A stretch of DNA of 64,000 nucleotides. It comes from a virus (taxonomy: Duplodnaviria > Caudoviricetes). Shown one piece after another: positions 28,621 to 37,950 of the stretch. The notes beneath the pieces were generated by a model. It saw nothing but the letters and a program-made list of their open reading frames with translations. It was not told the origin of the DNA and searched no databases. The position numbers and the translations under genes are program-made. Numbering within the stretch: position 1 is the first letter of the stretch; each line of letters starts with the position of its first letter. Location of the stretch: positions 1 through 64,000 of the IMG/VR virus record IMGVR_UViG_3300028888_000078; one strand, 5' to 3'.

Positions 28621-29361
28621 ATGACACTATCAAAGAGTAAGCTACGTGAGGTAAAATTACGTAAGAAAAAGCGTGCTATAATCGCATCCAGGAACGTCAA
28701 TAATGGCGTTAATAACTTGAAAAAAGGCATGGGAGGCGATAACGGTAATGAGTATTCAGACTTCAAATTGAAGAAGAATCCTCAGCCAAAACGTCTGCAC
28801 CACAGCTATAAGAAATGGAAGTGGGTATCAACGTTCTCAAAAGAGAAAGGTTGGTATACAGAGCGAAAGCTTATTCAGAAGAAATCTGAATATTTCCACG
28901 AAGATCCCAAGAAAATGACTCAACACGAGTATTGGGAGAAGCTTGTACAATACAAGTTGACTAAATGGGATAGTAAGCATCCTAAGCCTGTGTTAGATAA
29001 CGACCTGTTCAAACAGGAAGATCTGACAAAGTGGAATGCAGAACGCGATATAGCAGAAGAACGTATACGGGACTTTGTTGTCTCAGTGTATGACAAACTA
29101 CATCTTGTTGGTCGTTTTAAGACGGCTGATGGGAAGTTCGAAGAAAAAGAAGTGGCTGTTATAAAAGACATCAATGGAGAAGGACACAACGTCAACAATC
29201 TTCCCAAAGATTCTAAGCTACTAAAAAAGGTCCAGAAAATTACAGATACTATTCATGCAAAACATATGAATCTTGTGTCTACTAATTTAAAGGATCATAA
29301 ACAACAAAAAGGAAGGATATTTCTTCCAACAAATCTTATGATGATGCGTAAAGCAGCATAA
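28621..29361 (+). CDS. basic hypothetical protein ending RKAA
   Basis: ORF track; GAAAGGAGGT Shine-Dalgarno-like sequence upstream. Confidence 0.82.
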   Translation: MTLSKSKLREVKLRKKKRAIIASRNVNNGVNNLKKGMGGDNGNEYSDFKLKKNPQPKRLHHSYKKWKWVSTFSKEKGWYTERKLIQKKSEYFHEDPKKMTQHEYWEKLVQYKLTKWDSKHPKPVLDNDLFKQEDLTKWNAERDIAEERIRDFVVSVYDKLHLVGRFKTADGKFEEKEVAVIKDINGEGHNVNNLPKDSKLLKKVQKITDTIHAKHMNLVSTNLKDHKQQKGRIFLPTNLMMMRKAA

Positions 29362-29559
29362 ATAAGAAATACGCTACCAGAGTTAATAGAATAGAGCTGT
29401 CACGGCTGCTCACCTGATATAAAGTGAGTAACAAATGTGTAAAGACTTATTTATTTAAGACTATTCAGTGATATTAACGTTAGGATGGTTCTTTGTAAAT
29501 GAAACAAAGAGGAGTTCGATTCTCCGGCGTATACAATTAATCTTTAGAACCTTTGAGTC

Positions 29560-31446
29560 ATGATTATACGCAATGCTACAGTCGTTACATACGACATAGA
29601 AGTATTTCCCAACTGCTTCCATTGCGTTTGTAAGAACACAGAGACTAATGAATTATATAAGTTTGAAATTAGTGAAAGAGTCAACCAGCTAAAACAGCTG
29701 GTTGATTTCTTTTACTATGACACCAAAGACAAAATGTTCTGCGGATATAACAATCATCACTACGATGATGTTATTATAAACTATATAATAGATATGTTTT
29801 ATAAAATGGATCAACTTCCGTTTTGGAGAATATGTCTGTCTTTGTTTAACCTTTCACAAACTATTGTGAATGCAGAAGATGGGAATGTTGATAGGTTTAA
29901 GAAATGGAAGTATGCACATTATTTTCAATCTATGGACTTATTGACAATGATGTTCAGTCAAAAGCTACGAGTTGGTCTTAAAAGTATGCAGGTAACAATG
30001 CATTATCGTAATGTCTATGAATACGAAGGAAATTTCGAAGAGCCTATACCAGTAGACAAAATAGACAATATGATTGACTATAATATCAATGATGTAGAAT
30101 CAACCACAGAGTTATTAAACCGGTTGAAGAAAGACATAGAACTCAGACTCTTCATACAAGAAGAACACGGAATCGATTGTTTATCAATGGATTCTGTTAA
30201 GATGGCAGAAACCTTCTTGCTGGAGAAATACTCCGAAAGATCAGGTATTCCTAAAAATGTAATAAAGGAAATGCGTTCTCCAATGGATTATATTCCGTTG
30301 AAGGATGTTATAATGCCGTTTATATCATACAAAAATCCAAAGTTACAAAGCGTCTTAGAAGACATGAAGAAACAGGTAGTGTATTCTAAGGAGCGAAAAG
30401 GCTACGAGAAGAAGTTCGTTCTCTCGAATGTGGTATATTCTATTGGTGTTGGAGGTATTCATACTATTCATACACCAAAAATATTCCTCCCAAAAGATGA
30501 TGAGTTTATAGGGCACGCAGATGTGGCGTCAATGTACCCTAGCTTACTGATTGAACATCAATTAGGACCTCGTCATTTGGGAAAACTATTTTGCGATCTA
30601 TTTGCCGGATTGAAAACCGAAAGGTTAGAAGCAAAACGTACAGGTCAGACTATAAAGAATATGTTTCTGAAGATTGTGCTCAATTCTCCTACTGGTAAAA
30701 TGCAGCAGGAAGTAAGTTGGATGTACGATCCTTTCAATGTCTTTAAAATACGAATTAATGGTCAGTTAATACTTCTTTTACTCGTAGACAGGCTTTTAGC
30801 ACTCGGATGTGAAATTATTCAGTGCAACACAGATGGAGTCGTCTACAGGGCTAAAAAGGGCCTTAAACAGGCTATTTCAGACGCTATTGCCGAAGTTGAA
30901 AAACTTACGCGTCTAGAATTCGAGACTGATGAGTACGAAGCATTCTATCAATATGCTATCAATGACTACTTTGGTGTCAAGAGAGGATATTATGAATCGA
31001 AAGATTTTGAGCTGATAGAGCGAAAAGGTATGTTTATTACTGAAACAAAGTTAGGCAAAGGACTTTCGCCTGTGGTTATTCCAAAGGCTGTGATAAACTA
31101 CTTCGTTACAGGAGAATCTATTGAATCGTTTATTAAAAACGATAGAGATATACGAGATTTTCTTATGTCTCAAGCCGTTGATAAGAAGTTTGAAGTGTAT
31201 CATGGAGAACAGAAGATACAACGAATTAACAGATTCTATGCAAGTACAGATGGAAAATATTTATTTAAGTATGATCCAGAAGATACAAGAGAAAAAGCAA
31301 ATATGCTAACAAAATCAGGAGTAACGATCCTGAATAAATTTGATGATCGACCGATAGAAGATCGAAAGATTAACTATCGTTACTATATCAGTGAAGCAAA
31401 GAAAATAGTTGCAGACTTCACTGAACAGCAACTAGAGTTATTTTAG
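29560..31446 (+). CDS. polB: Family B DNA polymerase with 3'-5' exonuclease
   Basis: YDIE (ExoI), DVASMYPS, KIVLNSPTGK and NTDG motifs; C-terminal QLELF. Confidence 0.93.
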   Translation: MIIRNATVVTYDIEVFPNCFHCVCKNTETNELYKFEISERVNQLKQLVDFFYYDTKDKMFCGYNNHHYDDVIINYIIDMFYKMDQLPFWRICLSLFNLSQTIVNAEDGNVDRFKKWKYAHYFQSMDLLTMMFSQKLRVGLKSMQVTMHYRNVYEYEGNFEEPIPVDKIDNMIDYNINDVESTTELLNRLKKDIELRLFIQEEHGIDCLSMDSVKMAETFLLEKYSERSGIPKNVIKEMRSPMDYIPLKDVIMPFISYKNPKLQSVLEDMKKQVVYSKERKGYEKKFVLSNVVYSIGVGGIHTIHTPKIFLPKDDEFIGHADVASMYPSLLIEHQLGPRHLGKLFCDLFAGLKTERLEAKRTGQTIKNMFLKIVLNSPTGKMQQEVSWMYDPFNVFKIRINGQLILLLLVDRLLALGCEIIQCNTDGVVYRAKKGLKQAISDAIAEVEKLTRLEFETDEYEAFYQYAINDYFGVKRGYYESKDFELIERKGMFITETKLGKGLSPVVIPKAVINYFVTGESIESFIKNDRDIRDFLMSQAVDKKFEVYHGEQKIQRINRFYASTDGKYLFKYDPEDTREKANMLTKSGVTILNKFDDRPIEDRKINYRYYISEAKKIVADFTEQQLELF

Positions 31447-31479
31447 TAACCAACTTGAGAACCAAAGAGTCAGTAAGCT

Positions 31480-32043
31480 ATGATTATTGAAGTAAACACA
31501 AAACTCTTGGATGAATTTCCAGAGTTAAACTCAAGTCAGTTAATTTTCCTAAGTGTGATATTGGATAAGAATCAACCAAAATATCAAGACGTCCGCAAAG
31601 TTGTCAGCCTTATTAACGACGAAGATATATCACACTTAATTTCTCAAGAACTAGTAACCACGATAGAGAGCGGTGAGTCAATTACATATCAAGCTACAGA
31701 TAAGCTTAAGCAAGCTGTAGCTAACGAGAAGGATTATTTTGATCTATTCTATGATATGTACCCAGTGTATGTAATGCGTACAGATGGCAGTAAATGCTAT
31801 TTGCGAGCTAATGTAAACAAATGTCGTCATTTCTTTAACACTAAATGTGGAAGAAGTTCAGCTATGGCAGAACATATAATCAAATGTCTCGATTATGAGA
31901 TATCCAAGCGAATGCGCGAAGGAAGTTTGAGTTATATGATGACTATGTGGAATTGGTTAACGCGTTCACAATGGGAAGCGATTGAGGAAGAAATGCAAGA
32001 TACAGCAAAAACTGTAAATTCTTATGGAACAGAACTTATCTAA
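31480..32043 (+). CDS. Putative replication protein (initiator or loader-like; function uncertain)
   Basis: Between polymerase and helicase; FDLFYDMYP motif as in phage replisome-organizer-type proteins. Confidence 0.55.
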   Translation: MIIEVNTKLLDEFPELNSSQLIFLSVILDKNQPKYQDVRKVVSLINDEDISHLISQELVTTIESGESITYQATDKLKQAVANEKDYFDLFYDMYPVYVMRTDGSKCYLRANVNKCRHFFNTKCGRSSAMAEHIIKCLDYEISKRMREGSLSYMMTMWNWLTRSQWEAIEEEMQDTAKTVNSYGTELI

Positions 32044-32965
32044 TGTCATAAGACCTATACGAGTTGTAGCACAAGAGGCTATAAACTATATTGAAGGACG
32101 TAGAAGTCACGATATTCAGTCTTTAAAGACGAGATGGAGTAAGTTTAATAAGCAGTGTATGGGAGGTATTGAACCAAATACCGTTTATACCATAGCTGGC
32201 ATATCAGGAAGTGGAAAGTCGTCGTTTGTAAATTCTATGACTTTCGATTTAATTGACTTGAATCCAACTGAAGACATAATTATTCTAAACTTCTCACTAG
32301 AGATGGTTGGATTTAGGCAAGTCGGAAGAGCTCTTTCAAATAAGCTGAGAAAGACTACTTCTGCCTTGTATAGTTCGGAAACGGACCTAGATGATGAGAC
32401 CTTCAGAAAAGTCATCAGTGTTTCCAACAAGCTAAAGGAGTATCCTGTCTATTTTGTAGATAATCCATGTACTCCTATGCAGGTAGAACAAATTATATAT
32501 GCTTTCTATAACCAGTATGTAAAAGGTACTGGGAAACATTTTGTAATCACGTACGATCACGCATTATTAACAAAACAAGTTGGAAGTGTAATTGAGACAA
32601 CGAGTGAACTAGAAAGGGTGTTCATACAAGCAAAGAAACTCCCTCTTACTACAGTCATTCAGATTGCACAAATGAATAGAAACATAGAGTCTTCAGAACG
32701 TATCAACAATCCGTTGAGTCACTATCCTATGAGAAGTGACATATCGTCATCAGATGCAATTTTTCAAGCGAGCGACTATGTTCTCGTTATGCACAGACCT
32801 GAAATATTGAATATACAAGAGTATGGACCGAATCATCTGCCTACACAGAATAAGATCTATATGCATATGTTAAAGAATAGAGACGCAGGAAAGCCCTGCA
32901 TACTTGAGTTCGAGAATGACTTGATGTATAACAATATAAAGGAAAGTACAGCAGCTGGTGACTAA
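32024..32965 (+). CDS. DnaB-like SF4 replicative helicase
   Basis: GISGSGKS Walker A, FSLEM, YDH, AQMNR, KNRD motifs. Confidence 0.92.
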   Translation: MEQNLSNVIRPIRVVAQEAINYIEGRRSHDIQSLKTRWSKFNKQCMGGIEPNTVYTIAGISGSGKSSFVNSMTFDLIDLNPTEDIIILNFSLEMVGFRQVGRALSNKLRKTTSALYSSETDLDDETFRKVISVSNKLKEYPVYFVDNPCTPMQVEQIIYAFYNQYVKGTGKHFVITYDHALLTKQVGSVIETTSELERVFIQAKKLPLTTVIQIAQMNRNIESSERINNPLSHYPMRSDISSSDAIFQASDYVLVMHRPEILNIQEYGPNHLPTQNKIYMHMLKNRDAGKPCILEFENDLMYNNIKESTAAGD

Positions 32966-32991
32966 TATTAACGTTAAAATACAGGCTGAAT

Positions 32992-33477
32992 ATGATAAAG
33001 ACTTACAAGTTTACGACTAAGAAGAACAATACTACTACGTTTATTCCTTTTAATAATATTAGTTATGAGCCCAACTATTCTGAGATTATCGATAATATTA
33101 TTCTTTCTGATATAAAGAAGAAGAACAGTTATCTGTTTAATATCGATGACTCTGATAGTACAACGTATATTCCTCTTAGCAGCAGCTATCTGAAGGCTGA
33201 TGACAAGTTCATCAAGGCTGCAAACTTCCTTGCCAACTATAAGAAGAACAAGAAGATCTATAAGACTATTCCTTATATACTTGGCAAGATGTACACGCTT
33301 AGTGATGGTACTCCGATCGTGTTCTACGACGATGAGATTCAGATTGGTTTCGATACCTATAAGTATTCTGATTTCTCGAATTTGTCGTTCCTGAACGGTA
33401 TTACCGATAATACGAAGAAGATTATTATTAATATCTACACTACTGGTGCAGCTAATATTAACATTAATCTACTTTAA
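32992..33477 (+). CDS. hypothetical protein
   Basis: ORF track. Confidence 0.75.
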   Translation: MIKTYKFTTKKNNTTTFIPFNNISYEPNYSEIIDNIILSDIKKKNSYLFNIDDSDSTTYIPLSSSYLKADDKFIKAANFLANYKKNKKIYKTIPYILGKMYTLSDGTPIVFYDDEIQIGFDTYKYSDFSNLSFLNGITDNTKKIIINIYTTGAANININLL

Positions 33478-33494
33478 TAAAAACAATAGAACCT

Positions 33495-34241
33495 ATGAGT
33501 CTAACATTACCTACATCAAAGATTCCAGCAATCTCTACTAATCCTCAATATCTCGTATTGTACGGCTTGCCTAAAGCGGGTAAGACGAGTGCTCTTGCAC
33601 AACTTGACAATAACTTGATTATAGATCTTGAGGGTGGATCTCAGTTCATTGATGCTATGGCTGTACAAGCTAGAACTATCAATGATTTGGGAGAGATTGC
33701 TCAAGCCATTAGAGCTAAGAATGCTGAAGTAGGGCATAATTTCTATAAACACATTACAATAGATAATGCAACACGTCTTGAAGATATTTGTATGTCTTAT
33801 GCTTGCACCCTTTACAGAAAGACCGAATTGGGCAAAAACTGGAAAGGAGACGACGTTACTACGCTCGCTCGTGGAGCAGGTTACAAGTATTTAAGAGATG
33901 CCGTCAAGAAGGTAATTGATATGTTCAAGGACCTTTGTGACGAATTCATTCTAGTTGGTCATGTCAAAGATAGTCTCACCGATAAAGACGGGCAAGAAGT
34001 CAACGCAAAAGAGATCGACCTCGTCGGAAAACTTGGAAAAATCGTTTGCGGAATGGCTGATGCAGTCGGATACGTTTACAGAAAAGACAATGAAACTCAC
34101 ATTAGCTTCAAGTCTGGAGGAGACGGGACTATTATGGAAGCTCGTGCCAGACACATTGCAGGTAAAGATGTTGTTATCGCCACTGGAAATGAAGACGGAA
34201 GTATAACAACCTATTGGGATCGTATTTATAAGCCCGAATAA
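33495..34241 (+). CDS. Sak4-like/AAA_24 ATPase (ssDNA annealing)
   Basis: YGLPKAGKTS, IIDLEGG, ITIDN, LVGH motifs; adjacent to an SSB-like gene. Confidence 0.8.
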   Translation: MSLTLPTSKIPAISTNPQYLVLYGLPKAGKTSALAQLDNNLIIDLEGGSQFIDAMAVQARTINDLGEIAQAIRAKNAEVGHNFYKHITIDNATRLEDICMSYACTLYRKTELGKNWKGDDVTTLARGAGYKYLRDAVKKVIDMFKDLCDEFILVGHVKDSLTDKDGQEVNAKEIDLVGKLGKIVCGMADAVGYVYRKDNETHISFKSGGDGTIMEARARHIAGKDVVIATGNEDGSITTYWDRIYKPE

Positions 34242-34279
34242 TTCAGAATCGAAGAATCAGTAATTAAAAGGAAGAAATT

Positions 34280-34897
34280 ATGTATAGTACAAAAACAGCA
34301 ACAACAAATAATAGCGAATTTACAAGTTCGTATATGCCTGTAGGCATCAATGAGAATATCACTCTGAAAGAAGTAAATGTTAATAAATCACCTCAAGGTC
34401 TTGACTTCCTGGAAATTGTATTTCAGAATAGTGAAGGTCAGACAGTAACTATGACTGAGTGGAAGAATACTAAGAATATGTGGATTAAGACCGACGAGGA
34501 TTTGCAGCGTCGTGATAATCAGCAGTTTGGTCGTATTCTGCAAGTTATAGATGCAGTTAAGGGTAGTCATGGAGATTTTGAAGGTGCTTCGTTTATTGAA
34601 ATGATTACTTGGGCTAAGGCATGTCTTGCTGGTGACAGTAAGAATGTACGTCTTAAGGTGATTTACGATAAGAAGGGTTATACCACTGTCTCGAAGAATG
34701 GTATATTCATTGAGTCTATGGATGTTGCAAAAGAAGAGTCTCAGATTAAGCTTTGGAAGAATGATCTTCTGGAGCGCCCTGTACAGGCTGATGTCGAAAA
34801 GCCTGTTGATCCGCTTGTTGCAGCTGCAAATGAAGCAATTGCACTCAACACTCCGGTGACTGCAGACTCTACAGGTGCTGACGACCTGCCATTTTGA
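34280..34897 (+). CDS. Putative single-stranded DNA-binding protein
   Basis: C-terminal ADDLPF acidic tip; follows the Sak4-like gene. Confidence 0.72.
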   Translation: MYSTKTATTNNSEFTSSYMPVGINENITLKEVNVNKSPQGLDFLEIVFQNSEGQTVTMTEWKNTKNMWIKTDEDLQRRDNQQFGRILQVIDAVKGSHGDFEGASFIEMITWAKACLAGDSKNVRLKVIYDKKGYTTVSKNGIFIESMDVAKEESQIKLWKNDLLERPVQADVEKPVDPLVAAANEAIALNTPVTADSTGADDLPF

Positions 34898-35018
34898 TGT
34901 AATTAAAATAAACGTAGGAAAAAATACGTATTACTGGCATCGAGAAGAATGGGAAAAGGAACGAAAATGGTTTAAAGAACAAGAAGAAAGGTTTTTTAAA
35001 CGTGTTTTCCACTTTTAA

Positions 35019-35410
35019 TGGTTAGTGGTGCTGACAACCAAAAGTAAGAAACATCATGGTGTGAACCATGTGCTGTTTGTCAAAAACATGTGTGCTGGTT
35101 CAAGGCCAGCCTGTTTCATTGAAACTGTTGTATTCAGATGGAAAGAATACTTTCTTACGTAATGGTCAGTGGTGTTTGCGACCAGTCTTTCTAATAAATA
35201 AAACAGTTCAAGTAAAGTTCGCAGAGGGACGCTGCTTAGAAAGATAAATGGTCAATGGTGCTGACAACCATGATACACAGTCTTTGTTCCCGAAACCAAA
35301 GTCAAAAGCAATGGAGTGAACACAAAGGTACGTGAAAATCGTGAAAGGATCTCTCACTGGGAGATCCGGATTGCTGTGAAAGCTAAAAGGTCAGTGGTGG
35401 AGGTTGACTT
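35019..35410 (+). repeat. Four stem-loops with conserved loop ARTGGTG
   Basis: Copies at 35019, 35163, 35249 and 35388; TGGTT/AACCA versus TGGTC/GACCA covariation. Confidence 0.8.
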
Positions 35411-35505
35411 CTAGTCAACCCGATTCATATAGATTCGAGGAGAGTGGGTTGAGGAAAGGATGTTAGCCACATAAGTGGGAAAGCTAACGTGTAGAATCTA
35501 TATAT

Positions 35506-35621
35506 GGGTGGTTCAGTAAGAGGATTGCGCAAAGCCTTTAAACAGAACGAGAGAGTCGTCTACCTTTAGTAATTAAAGGAGGAGCTTATCGGCAACGCGG
35601 GTTCGAATCCCGCACTACCCA
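35506..35621 (+). ncRNA. tRNA-like element (acceptor stem plus T-arm, non-canonical interior)
   Basis: GGGTGGT/ACTACCC and GCGGG-TTCGAAT-CCCGC; 116 nt. Confidence 0.65.
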
Positions 35622-35645
35622 CAAATACAAAAGAGCTTATAAGCC

Positions 35646-36620
35646 ATGTATAGTACAAAAACAGCAATTACAATGAGTCTTAGAGACTTATTGGACAAAC
35701 TGGATGACTATACTATCTATTCTTACTATCTTGGTAGTTTTAAGCCAAAAGTCTTAATGAATAGTCCATTGAGACCAGACGATAAAATCCCCAGCTTTGC
35801 AATATTTCCAAGCAAAACCGGGGACTTGTTGTTTAAGGATCATGGTACTGGAGAAGCAGGTAATGCTCTCAAGTTTGTTAAGCTAATAAAAGGCTTAAAT
35901 ACCCGCGAAGAACTCGAGCGTGAGCTCTTAAAAATAGTTCGGTGGGTAAACCCTAACCAAGGTACCAAAAAGCCAGTCAGAATGGCTGAAAATGTGTCTG
36001 AGACGGACATTGGGATAGTAAGACAGCCATTTACAGAAGTAGATAAACAATATTGGAAACAATTTCATATATCTATTGATACATTGAAAAAATTCAATGT
36101 TTTTAGCATTAAATACTTTCTTTGTAATAGAGTCGTCAGAGGAACCTACAAAGAAGATAGTCCTATGTATGCATATAAGGTTTATGATCGATTTAAGATT
36201 TATAGACCTTTAGCCTCCAAGTATACTAAATGGCGTACCAATCTGACAAATCGGTATGTTCAGGGGCTAGCCGAGTTGCCACAGGAGGGTGGTAATCTCC
36301 TCATCATAACAAAATCCTTAAAGGATGTGATGTGTCTTTATGAGATGGGATTTAATGCTATAGCTGCTTCTAGTGAGACTACATTTATTCCTGAGGATAT
36401 ATTGCAGTCTTTACGAAGTAAATGGAAACATATTGTTATACTGTATGATAGAGATGTTGCAGGAATGCAGAATGCTCGTAAGTATAGTAGACAGTATAAG
36501 TTTGATGCTATATTCGTCCATAAGAAGTTTAAAGCGAAGGACGTGTCTGACGCTGTTAAGTTAAACGGGTTCTTCGTTGTAAAGGATTGGTTAACTAAAA
36601 CAGTAGAAAGATATGACTGA
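35646..36620 (+). CDS. DNA primase (TOPRIM)
   Basis: SPLRPDDKIPSF...FKDHG N-terminal domain; IITKSLKDVM and LYDRDVAG TOPRIM motifs. Confidence 0.88.
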   Translation: MYSTKTAITMSLRDLLDKLDDYTIYSYYLGSFKPKVLMNSPLRPDDKIPSFAIFPSKTGDLLFKDHGTGEAGNALKFVKLIKGLNTREELERELLKIVRWVNPNQGTKKPVRMAENVSETDIGIVRQPFTEVDKQYWKQFHISIDTLKKFNVFSIKYFLCNRVVRGTYKEDSPMYAYKVYDRFKIYRPLASKYTKWRTNLTNRYVQGLAELPQEGGNLLIITKSLKDVMCLYEMGFNAIAASSETTFIPEDILQSLRSKWKHIVILYDRDVAGMQNARKYSRQYKFDAIFVHKKFKAKDVSDAVKLNGFFVVKDWLTKTVERYD

Positions 36621-36792
36621 TTTTATAGGTTGTTTATATGGTTCCATAATAGGAACATTGATCGGTTTATGTGGTAGCATACTCTATGCTAACTACATGT
36701 TTAACTCTTGGAAGAGTAAAATATATAAACTGATTGAGGATGCTAATACTTTTAAGATAACACTTAAAAATGAAGTCTTCAGGGAGGGTTAA
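36613..36792 (+). CDS. small membrane protein (59 aa)
   Basis: Manual translation MTDFIGCLYGSIIGTLIGLCGSILYANY...; fills the gap between primase and the next gene. Confidence 0.55.
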   Translation: MTDFIGCLYGSIIGTLIGLCGSILYANYMFNSWKSKIYKLIEDANTFKITLKNEVFREG

Positions 36793-37159
36793 AAATGCGA
36801 CGAAGGTCGATGCGTATGGGCTACATTTCCGTAGCAAACTCGAACTCTATACGTATGAAGCTTTTATGAAAGCAGGAATACCTGTTAAGTATGAGCCAAA
36901 GCATTTTGTCCTCCTACCAAAGTTCGAATTCCTTGGAGAGAAAATACGTCCTATCACATATCTCCCTGATTTCATCGGGAGAGGTTTTGTGGTAGAATGC
37001 AAAGGTCTTATGGGAGATTCTTTCCCTTTAAGATTTAAACTCTTCAAATATTACCTCAAGAAACATAGATCTAAGATGAAGTGCTATTTAGTACGAAATC
37101 ATAAGCAGGTCGATGAAATGATTGAGGACATTATTAAGAACCAAAAGAGTCAAAAATAA
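36770..37159 (+). CDS. PD-(D/E)XK endonuclease (DUF1064/T7 endonuclease I-like, possible resolvase)
   Basis: FRSKLE...YLPDF...VECKG motif. Confidence 0.82.
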   Translation: MKSSGRVKNATKVDAYGLHFRSKLELYTYEAFMKAGIPVKYEPKHFVLLPKFEFLGEKIRPITYLPDFIGRGFVVECKGLMGDSFPLRFKLFKYYLKKHRSKMKCYLVRNHKQVDEMIEDIIKNQKSQK

Positions 37160-37950
37160 TGGAACAGAACAAAACATTTCTGAAAGTAGGAGAAAAAGTA
37201 GTATTCAAGCCTAAGACAGAAGGTCTTGATTATACATTGGAAGCCGGTAAGGTGTATACGGTAGAAATAGATCGTTATACTGACGAAATAACATTTAACG
37301 TAGCACCGAATATAACGCTTCCAGAAAAGCTTTACACTACTACTGAAGATGATAAGTTTGTCAACAAAATCATAAATCATTACAACAATTCTAAAGAAGG
37401 AATAACAGGTGTGATGTTGTCTGGTCTTAAGGGTAGTGGTAAAACGATTATGATGAAACGTTTAGCTTTGGAATCTAATCTTCCTATTCTTTTGATAGAT
37501 AAGAGTTTCTATCCTCGACATCTTATTACTTTGTTTAATAAGTTAGTAGATACACCTATCTGCATACTTATGGACGAGGTTGATAAGTTAGGAGATGATT
37601 ATTCTGATGATTATCTGTTGAAGGTACTTGACGGTATTAACTCGTCTGGTAAGAAGCTAATGGTCTTCACATGTAATGATGATGAAGATATTAGTGAATA
37701 TCTGAAGGACCGTTGTTCTCGTATTCGATATTGGAAAGATTACGGAGAGATGCCTGCATCTATGATACAGGCTGTGCTTGAAGATAAGTTGGATGATAAG
37801 ACTGAAATTAAGCCCTTGACTGACTTTATTCAGGAGAAATTTGAATGTGCTAGTTTTGATAACATTGCTTCATTTGCTGATGAGGTAAATGCTTGTCCTA
37901 ACGATACATATGAAGATTTGTTCAACGATATGAATTTGTCTAGCAAATGA
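37159..37950 (+). CDS. AAA+ ATPase
   Basis: GLKGSGKT, ILMDEVDK, FTCN, DRCSR motifs. Confidence 0.88.
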   Translation: MEQNKTFLKVGEKVVFKPKTEGLDYTLEAGKVYTVEIDRYTDEITFNVAPNITLPEKLYTTTEDDKFVNKIINHYNNSKEGITGVMLSGLKGSGKTIMMKRLALESNLPILLIDKSFYPRHLITLFNKLVDTPICILMDEVDKLGDDYSDDYLLKVLDGINSSGKKLMVFTCNDDEDISEYLKDRCSRIRYWKDYGEMPASMIQAVLEDKLDDKTEIKPLTDFIQEKFECASFDNIASFADEVNACPNDTYEDLFNDMNLSSK

